The translations under genes were made by a program, and so were the position numbers. Below the pieces are notes generated by a model that saw only the letters and a list, made by a program, of their open reading frames with translations, searched no databases and was not told the DNA's origin. 64,000 bases of DNA from Antedon mediterranea (Eukaryota; Animalia; Echinodermata), in assembly GCF_964355755.1 (NCBI RefSeq), contig NC_092675.1, positions 13,015,812 through 13,079,811 of the forward strand, in the 5' to 3' direction. Of this stretch, positions 53,401 through 64,000 are shown in pieces; position 1 is the first letter of the stretch; each line of letters starts with the position of its first letter.

Positions 53401-56400
53401 TTTTCGAAAAAACTTGGTTACACAAAAACATCAAAGTGCTTAAAATCACATTATAAACCGTTTTAGACCATTTTGAACATTTCGATAACACTTTTCACAC
53501 AAAAACATCAAAGAGCACAAAATAGCTTAATATCGTATTTAAAAACGTTTTAGACCATTTTGAGCATTTCGACAAAACTTTTTCACACAAAAACATCAAA
53601 GAGCACAAAATAGCTTAATATCGTATTTAAAAACGTTTTAGACCATTTTGAGCATTTAGACAAAACTTTTTCACACAAAACACCAAAGTGCTTAGAATAG
53701 CTTCAAATCGCATTTGGAGACGTTTTAGACCATTTTGTGCATTTCGATGAAACTTGGTTACACAAAAACATCAAAGTGCTTAAAATCACATTATAAATCG
53801 TTTTAGACCCTTTTGAGCATTTCGACAAAACTTTTTCACACAAAATACCAAAGGGCTTAGAATAGCTTCAAATCGCATTTGGAGACGTTTTAGACCATTT
53901 TGTGATTTTCGAAAAAACTTTTTAACATAAAAAGACCAAAGTGCTTAGAATAGCTTCAAATCACATTTGGAGACGTTTTAGACCATTTTGTGATTTTCGA
54001 AAAAACTTGTTAACATAAAAACACGAAAGTGCTTAGAATAGCTTCAAATCGCATTTGGAAACGTTTTAGACCATTTTGTGATTTTCGAAAAAAATTGTTA
54101 ACATAAAAACACCAAAGTGCTTAGAATCACATTATAAACCGTTTTAGACCATTTTGAGCATTTCGATAACAATTTTCACACAAAAACATCAAAGAGCACA
54201 AAATAGCTTAATATCGTATTTAAAAATGTTTTAGACCATTTTGAGCATTTAGATAAATCTGTTTCACACAAAACACCAAAGTGCTTAGAATAGCTTCAAA
54301 TCGCATTTGGAGACGTTTTAGACCATTTTGTGATTTTTGAAAAAACTTGTTAACATAAAAACACCAAAGTGCTTAGAATAGCTTCAAATCACATTTGGAG
54401 ACGTTTTAGACCATTTTGTGATTTTCGAAAAAACTTGTTAACATAAAAACACGAAAGTGCTTAGAATAGCTTCAAATCGCATTTGGAAACGTTTTAGACC
54501 ATTTTGTGATTTTCGAAAAAACTTGTTAACATAAAAACACGAAAGTGCTTAGAATAGCTTTAAATCGCATTTGGAAACGTTTTAGACCATTTTGTGATTT
54601 TCGAAAAAAATTGTTAACATAAAAACACCAAAGTGTTTAGAATAGCTTCAAATCGCATTTGGAGACGTTTTAGACCAATTTGTGATTTTCGAAAAAACTT
54701 ATCAACATAAAAACACCAAAGGGTTTAGAATAGCTTCAAATCGCATTTGGAGACGTTTTAGACCATTTTGTGATTTTGAAAAAACTTGTTAACATAAAAA
54801 CACCAAAGTGCTTAGAATAGCTTCAAATCGCATTTGGAGACGTTTTAGACCATTTTGTGATTTTCGAAAAAACTTGTTAACATAAAAACACCAAAGTGCT
54901 TAGAATAGCTTCAAATCGTATTTGGAGACGTTTTAGACCATTTTGAGATTTTCGAAAAAACTTGGTTACACAAAAACATCAAAGTGCTTAAAATCACATT
55001 ATAAACCGTTTTAGACCATTTTGAACATTTCGATAACACTTTTCACACAAAAACATCAAAGAGCACAAAATAGCTTAATATCGTATTTAAAAACGTTTTA
55101 GACCATTTTGAGCATTTCGACAAAACTTTTTCACACAAAACACCAAAGTGCTTAGAATAGCTTCAAATCGCATTTGGAGACGTTTTAGACCAATTTGTGC
55201 ATTTCGATGAAACTTGATTACACAAAAACATCAAATTGCTTAAAATCACATTATAAATTGTTTTAGACCATTTTGAGCATTTCGATAACACTTTTCACAC
55301 AAAAACATCAAAGAGCACAAAATAGCTTAATATCGTATTTAAAAACGTTTTAGACCATTTTGAGCATTTAGACAAAACTTTTTCACACAAAACACCAAAG
55401 TGCTTAGAATAGCTTCAAATCGCATTTGGAGACGTTTTAGACCATTTTGTGATTTTTGAAAAAACTTGTTAACATAAAAACACCAAAGTGCTTAGAATAG
55501 CTTCAAATCACATTTGGAGACGTTTTAGACCATTTTGTGATTTTCGAAAAAACTTGTTAACATAAAAACACGAAAGTGCTTAGAATAGCTTCAAATCGCA
55601 TTTGGAAACGTTTTAGACCATTTTGTGATTTTCGAAAAAACTTGTTAACATAAAAACACGAAAGTGCTTAGAATCACATTATAAACCGTTTTAGACCATT
55701 TTGAGCATTTCGATAACAATTTTCACACAAAAACATCAAAGAGCACAAAATAGCTTAATATCGTATTTAAAAATGTTTTAGACCATTTTGAGCATTTGGA
55801 TAAAACTTTTTCACACAAAACACCAAAGTGCTTAGAATAGCTTCAAATCGCATTTGGAGACGTTTTAGACCATTTTGTGATTTTTGAAAAAACTTGTTAA
55901 CATAAAAACACCAAAGTGCTTAGAATAGCTTCAAATCACATTTGAAGATGTTTTAGACCATTTTGTGATTTTTGAAAAAACTTGTTAACATAAAAACACG
56001 AAAGTGCTTAGAATAGCTTCAAATCACATTTGGAGACGTTTTAGACCATTTTGTGATTTTTGAAAAAACTTGTTAACATAAAAACACGAAAGTGCTTAGA
56101 ATAGCTTCAAATCGCATTTGGAAACGTTTTAGACCATTTTGTGATTTTCGAAAAAGATTGTTAACATAAAAACACTAATGTGCTTAGAATCACATTATAA
56201 ACCGTTTTAGACCATTTTGAGCATTTCGATAACAATTTTCACACAAAAACATCAAAGAGCACAAAATAACTTAATATCGTATTTATAAATGTTTTAGACC
56301 ATTTTGAGCATTTCGACAAAACTTTTTCACACAAAACACCAAAGTGCTTAGAATAGCTTCAAATCGCATTTGGAGACGTTTTAGACCATTTTGTGATTTC

Positions 56401-59400
56401 GATGAAACTTGATTACACAAAAACATCAAAGTGCTTAAAATCACATTATAAACCATTTTAGACCATTTTGAGCATTTCGATAACACTTTTCACACAAAAA
56501 CATCAAAGAGCAAAAAATAGCTTAATATCGTATTTAAAAACGTTTTAGACCATTTTGAGCATTTAGACAAAACTTTTTCACACAAAACACCAAAGTGCTT
56601 AGAATAGCTTCAAATCGCATTTGGAGACGTTTTAGAACATTTTGTGTTTTTCGAAAAAAACTGGTAACATAAAAACACCAAAGTGCTTAGAATAGCTTCA
56701 AATCGCATTTGGAGACGTTTTAGAACATTTTGTGTTCTTCGAAAAAACCTGTTAACATAAAAACACCAAAGTGCTTAGAATAGCTTCAAATCGCATTTGG
56801 AGACGTTTTAGACCATTTTGTGATTTTTGAAAAAACTTGTTAACATAAAAACACCAAAGTGCTTAGAATAGCTTCAAATCACATTTGGAGACGTTTTAGA
56901 CCATTTTGTGATTTTCGAAAAAACTTGTTAACATAAAAACACCAAAGTGCTTAGAATAGCGTCAAATCGTATTTGGAGACGTTTTAGACCATTTTGTGAT
57001 TTTCGAAAAAACTTGTTAACATAAAAACACCAAAGTGCTTAGAATAGCTTCAAATCGCATTTGGAGACGGTTTAGACCATTTTATGATTTTGAAAAAACT
57101 TGTTAACATAAAAACACCAAAGTGCTTAGAATAGCTTCAAATCGCATTTGGAGACGTTTTAGACCATTTTGTGATTTTCGAAAAAACTTGTTAACATAAA
57201 AACACCAAAGTGCTTAGAATAGCTTCAAATCGTATTTGGAGACGTTTTAGACCATTTTGAGATTTTCGAAAAAACTTGGTTACACAAAAACATCAAAGTG
57301 CTTAAAATCACATTATAAACCGTTTTAGACCATTTTGAGCATTTCGATAACACTTTTCACACAAAAACATCAAAGAGCACAAAATAGCTTAATATCGTAT
57401 TTAAAAACGTTTTAGACCATTTTGAGCATTTCGACAAAACTTTTTCACACAAAACACCAAAGTGCTTAGAATAGCTTCAAATCGCATTTGGAGACGTTTT
57501 AAACCAATTTGTGCATTTCGATGAAACTTGATTACACAAAAACATCAAAGTGCTTAAAATCACATTATAAACCAATTTAGACCATTTTGAGCATTTCGAT
57601 AACACTTTTCACACAAAAACATCAAAGAGCACAAAATAGCTTAATATCGTATTTAAAAACGTTTTAGACCATTTTGAGCATTTCGACAAAACTTTTTCAC
57701 ACAAAACACCAAAGTGCTTAGAATAGCTTCAAATCGCATTTGGAGACGTTTTAGACCAATTTGTGCATTTCGATGAAACTTGATTACACAAAAACATCAA
57801 AGTGCTTAAAATCACATTATAAACCGTTTTAGACCATTTTGAGCATTTCGATAACACTTTTCACACAAAAACATCAAAGAGCACAAAATAGCTTAATATC
57901 GTATTTAAAAACGTTTTAGACCATTTTGAGCATTTAGACAAAACTTTTTCACACAAAACACCAAAGTGCTTAGAATAGCTTCAAATCGCATTTGGAGACG
58001 TTTTAGACCATTTTGTGATTTTTGAAAAAACTTGTTAACATAAAAACACCAAAGTGCTTAGAATAGCTTCAAATCACATTTGGAGACGTTTTAGACCATT
58101 TTGTGATTTTCGAAAAAACTTGTTAACATAAAAACACGAAAGTGCTTAGAATAGCTTCAAATCGCATTTGGAAACGTTTTAGACCATTTTGTGATTTTCG
58201 AAAAAACTTGTTAACATAAAAACACGAAAGTGCTTAGAATCACATTATAAACCGTTTTAGACCATTTTGAGCATTTCGATAACAATTTTCACACAAAAAC
58301 ATCAAAGAGCACAAAATAGCTTAATATCGTATTTAAAAATGTTTTAGACCATTTTGAGCATTTAGATAAAACTTTTTCACACAAAACACCAAAGTGCTTA
58401 GAATAGCTTCAAATCGCATTTGGAGACGTTTTAGACCATTTTGTGATTTTCGAAAAAACTTGTTAACATAAAAACACGAAAGTGCTTAGAACAGCTTCAA
58501 ATCGCATTTGGAAACGTTTTAGACCATTTTGTGATTTTCGAAAAAAATTGTTAACATAAAAACACCAAAGTGTTTAGAATAGCTTCAAATCGCATTTGGA
58601 GACGTTTTAGACCAATTTGTGATTTTCGAAAAAACTTATCAACATAAAAACACCAAAGGGTTTAGAATAGCTTCAAATCGCATTTGGAGACGTTTTAGAC
58701 CATTTTGTGATTTTGAAAAAACTTGTTAACATAAAAACACCAAAGTGCTTAGAATAGCTTCAAATCGCATTTGGAGACGTTTTAGACCATTTTGTGATTT
58801 TCGAAAAAACTTGTTAACATAAAAACACCAAAGTGCTTAGAATAGCTTCAAATCGTATTTGGAGACGTTTTAGACCATTTTGAGATTTTCGAAAAAACTT
58901 GGTTACACAAAAACATCAAAGTGCTTAAAATCACATTATAAACCGTTTTAGACCATTTTGAGCATTTCGGTAACACTTTTCACACAAAAACATCAAAGAG
59001 CACAAAATAGCTTAATATCGTATTTAAAAACGTTTTAGACCATTTTGAGCATTTAGACAAAACTTTTTCACACAAAACACCAAAGTGCTTAGAATAGCTT
59101 CAAATCGCATTTGGAGACGTTTTAGACCATTTTGTGCATTTCGATGAAACTTGGTTACACAAAAACATCAAAGTGCTTAAAATCACATTATAAATCGTTT
59201 TAGACCATTTTGAGTATTTCGACAAAACTTTTTCACACAAAATACCAAAGTGCTTAGAATAGCTTCAAATCGCATTTGGAGACGTTTTAGACCATTTTGT
59301 GATTTTCGAAAAAACTTTTTAACATAAAAACACCAAAGTGCTTAGAATAGCTTCAAATCACATTTGGAGACGTTTTAGACCATAAGTGCTTAGAATCACA

Positions 59401-62400
59401 TCATAAACCGTTTTAGACCATTTTGAGCATTTCGATAACAATTTTCACACAAAAACATCAAAGAGCACAAAATAGCTTAATATCGTATTTAAAAATGTTT
59501 TAGACCATTTTGAGCATTTAGATAAAACTTTTTCACACAAAACACCAAAGTGCTTAGAATAGCTTCAAATCGCATTTGGAGACGTTTTAGACCATTTTGT
59601 GATTTTTGAAAAAAACTTGTTAACATAAAAACACCAAAGTGCTTAGAATAGCTTCAAATCGCATTTGGAAACGTTTTAGACCATTTTGTGATTTTCGAAA
59701 AAACTTGTTAACATAAAAACATGAAAGTGCTTAGAATAGCTTCAAATCGTATTTGGAGACGTTTTAGACCATTTTGTGATTTTCGAAAAAACTTGTTAAC
59801 ATAAAAACACCAATGTGCTTAGAATAGCTTCAAATCGCATTTTGAGACGTTTTAGACCATTTTGTGCATTTCGATGAAACTTGGTTACACAAAAACATCA
59901 AAGTGCTTAAAATCACATTATAAACCATTTTAGACCATTTTGAGCATTTCGATAACACTTTTCACACAAAAACATCAAAGAGCACAAAATAGCTTAATAT
60001 CGTATTTAAAAACGTTTTAGACCATTTTGAGCATTTCGACAAAACTTTTTCACACAAAACACCAAAGTGCTTAGAATAGCTTCAAATCGCATTTGGAGAC
60101 GTTTTAGACCATTTTGTGATTTTCGAAAAAACTTGTTAACATAAAAACATCAAAGCGTACAGAATAACTTCAAATCGCATTTGGAGACCGTTTTAGGCCA
60201 ATTTGTGATTTTCGAAAAAACTTGTTAACCTAAAAATACCAAAGTGTTTAGAATAGCTTCAAATCGCATTTGGAGACGTTTTAGACCATTTTGTGATTTT
60301 CGAAAAAACTTGTTAACATAAAAACACCAAAGTGCTTCAAATCGCATTTGGAGACATTTTAGACCAATTTGTGATTTTTGAAAAAACTTGTTAACATAAA
60401 AACACCAAAGTGCTTACAATAGCTTCAAATCGTATTTGGAGACGTTTTAGACCATTTTGTGATTTTCGAAAAAACTTGTTAACATAAAAACACCAAAGTA
60501 CTTAGAATAGCTTCAAATCGCATTTGGAGACGTTTTAGACCATTTTATGCATTTCGATGAAACTTGGTTACACAAAAACATCAATGTGCTTAAAATCACA
60601 GTATAATCCGTTTTAGACCATTTTGAGCATTTCGATAACACTTTTCACACAAAAACATCAAAGAGCACAAAATAGCTTAATATCGTATTTAAAAACGTTT
60701 TAGACCATTTTGAGCATTTAGACAAAACTTTTTCACACAAAACACCAAAGTGTTTAGAATAGCTTCAAATCGCATTTGGAGACGTTTTAGACCATTTTGT
60801 GATTTTCGAAAAAACTTGTTAACATAAAAACACCAAAGTGCTTCAAATCGCATTTGAGACATTTTAGACCAATTTGTGATTTTTGAAAAAACTTGTTAAC
60901 ATAAAAACACCAAAGTGCTTACAATAGCTTCAAATCGTATTTGGAGACGTTTTAGACCATTTTGTGATTTTCGAAAAAACTTGATAACATAAAAACACCA
61001 AAGTACTTAGAATAGCTTCAAATCGCATTTGGAGACGTTTTAGACCATTTTATGCATTTCGATGAAACTTGGTTACACAAAAACATCAAAGTGCTTAAAA
61101 TCACATTATAATCCGTTTTAGACCATTTTGAGCATTTCGATAACACTTTTCACACAAAAACATCAAAGAGCACAAAATAGCTTAATATCGTATTTAAAAA
61201 CTTTTTAGACCATTTTGAGCATTTCGACAAAACTTTTTCACACAAAACACCAAAGTGCTTAGAATAGCTTCAAATCGCATTTGGAGACGTTTTAGACCAT
61301 TTTGTGATTTTCGAAAAAAATTGTTAACATAAAAACATCAAAGTGTACAGAATAGCTTCAAATCGCATTTGGAGACCGTTTTAGGCCAATTTGTGATTTT
61401 CGAAAAAACTTGTTAACCTAAAAATACCAAAGTGTTTAGAATAGCTTCAAATCGCATTTGGAGACGTTTTAGACCATTTTGTGATTTTCGAAAAAACTTG
61501 TTAACATAAAAACACCAAAGTGCTTAGAATAGCTTCAAATCACATTTGGAGACGTTTTAGACCATAAGTGCTTAGAATCACATTATAAACCGTTTTAGAC
61601 CATTTTGAGCATTTCGATAACAATTTTCACACAAAAACATCAAAGAGCACAAAATAGCTTAATATCGTATTTAAAAATGTTTTAGACCATTTTGAGCATT
61701 TAGATAAAACTTTTTCACACAAAACACCAAAGTGCTTAGAATAGCTTCAAATCGCATTTGGAGACGTTTTAGACCATTTTGTGATTTTTGAAAAAACTTG
61801 TTAACATAAAAACACCAAAGTGCTTAGAATAGCTTCAAATCACATTTGGAGAGGTTTTAGACCATTTTGTGATTTTCGAAAAAACTTGTTAACATAAAAA
61901 CACGAAAGTGCTTAGAATAGCTTCAAATCGCATTTGGAAACGTTTTAGACCATTTTGTGATTTTCGAAAAAACTTGTTAACATAAAAACATGAAAGTGCT
62001 TAGAATAGCTTCAAATCGTATTTGGAGACGTTTTAGACCATTTTGTGATTTTCGAAAAAACTTGTTAACATAAAAACACCAATGTGCTTAGAAAAGCTTC
62101 AAATCGCATTTTGAGACGTTTTAGACCATTTTGTGCATTTCGATGAAACTTGGTTACACAAAAACATCAAAGTGCTTAAAATCACATTATAAACCATTTT
62201 AGACCATTTTGAGCATTTCGATAACACTTTTCACACAAAAACATCAAAGAGCACAAAATAGCTTAATATCGTATTTAAAAACGTTTTAGACCATTTTGAG
62301 CATTTCGACAAAACTTTTTCACACAAAACACCAAAGTGCTTAGAATAGCTTCAAATCGCATTTGGAGACGTTTTAGACCATTTTGTGATTTTCGAAAAAA

Positions 62401-64000
62401 CTTGTTAACATAAAAACATCAAAGTGTACAGAATAACTTCAAATCGCATTTGGAGACCGTTTTAGGCCAATTTGTGATTTTCGAAAAAACTTGTTAACCT
62501 AAAAATACCAAAGTGTTTAGAATAGCTTCAAATCGCATTTGGAGACGTTTTAGACCATTTTGTGATTTTCGAAAAAACTTGTTAACATAAAAACACCAAA
62601 GTGCTTCAAATCGCATTTGGAGACATTTTAGACCAATTTGTGATTTTTGAAAAAACTTGTTAACATAAAAACACCAAAGTGCATACAATAGCTTCAAATC
62701 GTATTTGGAGACGTTTTAGACCATTTTGTGATTTTCGAAAAAACTTGTTAACATAAAAACACCAAAGTACTTAGAATAGCTTCAAATCGAATTTGGAGAC
62801 GTTTTAGACCATTTTATGCATTTCGATGAAACTTGGTTACACAAAAACATCAATGTGCTTAAAATCACATTATAATCCGTTTTAGACCATTTTGAGCATT
62901 TCGATAACACTTTTCACACAAAAACATCAAAGAGCACAAAATAGCTTAATATCGTATTTAAAAACGTTTTAGACCATTTTGAGCATTTAGACAAAACTTT
63001 TTCACACAAAACACCAAAGTGTTTAGAATAGCTTCAAATCGCATTTGGAGACGTTTTAGACCATTTTGTGATTTTCGAAAAAACTTGTTAACATAAAAAC
63101 ACCAAAGTGCTTCAAATCGCATTTGAGACATTTTAGACCAATTTGTGATTTTTGAAAAAACTTGTTAACATAAAAACACCAAAGTGCTTACAATAGCTTC
63201 AAATCGTATTTGGAGACGTTTTAGACCATTTTGTGATTTTCGAAAAAACTTGTTAACATAAAAACACCAAAGTACTTAGAATAGCTTCAAATCGCATTTG
63301 GAGACGTTTTAGACCATTTTATGCATTTCGATGAAACTTGGTTACACAAAAACATCAAAGTGCTTAAAATCACATTATAATCCGTTTTAGACCATTTTGA
63401 GCATTTCGATAACACTTTTCACACAAAAACATCAAAGAGCACAAAATAGCTTAATATCGTATTTAAAAACTTTTTAGACCATTTTGAGCATTTCGACAAA
63501 ACTTTTTCACACAAAACACCAAAGTGCTTAGAATAGCTTCAAATCGCATTTGGAGACGTTTTAGACCATTTTGTGATTTTCGAAAAAAATTGTTAACATA
63601 AAAACATCAAAGTGTACAGAATAGCTTCAAATCGCATTTGGAGACCGTTTTAGGCCAATTTGTGATTTTCGAAAAAACTTGTTAACCTAAAAATACCAAA
63701 GTGTTTAGAATAGCTTCAAATCGCATTTGGAGACGTTTTAGACCATTTTGTGATTTTCGAAAAAACTTGTTAACATAAAAACACCAAAGTGCTTAGAATA
63801 GCTTCAAATCACATTTGGAGACGTTTTAGACCATAAGTGCTTAGAATCACATTATAAACCGTTTTAGACCATTTTGAGCATTTCGATAACAATTTTCACA
63901 CAAAAACATCAAAGAGCACAAAATAGCCTAATATCGTATTTAAAAATGTTTTAGACCATTTTGAGCATTTAGATAAAACTTTTTCACACAAAACACCAAA
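47468..64000. repeat. Tandem satellite DNA array, continuation right of the insertion
   Basis: Same A/B/C/D monomers in the same orientation, resuming exactly where the D monomer was interrupted at 43707. Confidence 0.98.
59640..64000. repeat. Tandem higher-order duplication, period 2269 bp
   Basis: Diagnostic variants recur at +2269: ACATGAAAG (59721/61990) and the truncated-monomer junction ACCATAAG (61561/63830). The left boundary is approximate. Confidence 0.8.

Overview
Eukaryotic, AT-rich satellite DNA with no intact genes. About 60 kb of the window is one head-to-tail satellite array, all in a single orientation. It is built from related monomers of 88 bp (types A and D), 77 bp (B) and 87 bp (C) that share the core TTTTAGACCATTTTG. 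The monomers form a recurring 252-bp D-B-C trimer, irregular higher-order repeats (1360 bp, 2269 bp) and multi-kb dispersed duplications, an organisation typical of (peri)centromeric satellite. The array is interrupted once, by a 3756-bp cut-and-paste DNA transposon (43708-47463) with 13-bp TIRs (CACAGCTGTTYCA), CAC...GTG termini and a 4-bp TSD (GGTT). An uninterrupted paralogous empty site at 28264-28267 confirms the boundaries. On the minus strand the element carries an intron-containing, frameshifted and internally deleted transposase remnant (GKYSCIYC ... coiled coil ... QQYHGKSFVGNH), which together with the termini and TSD points to a non-autonomous Chapaev (CMC superfamily, RAG1-related) element. 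The family call rests on recalled motifs, not on a database search. The ORFs in the satellite are artefacts of the repeat.
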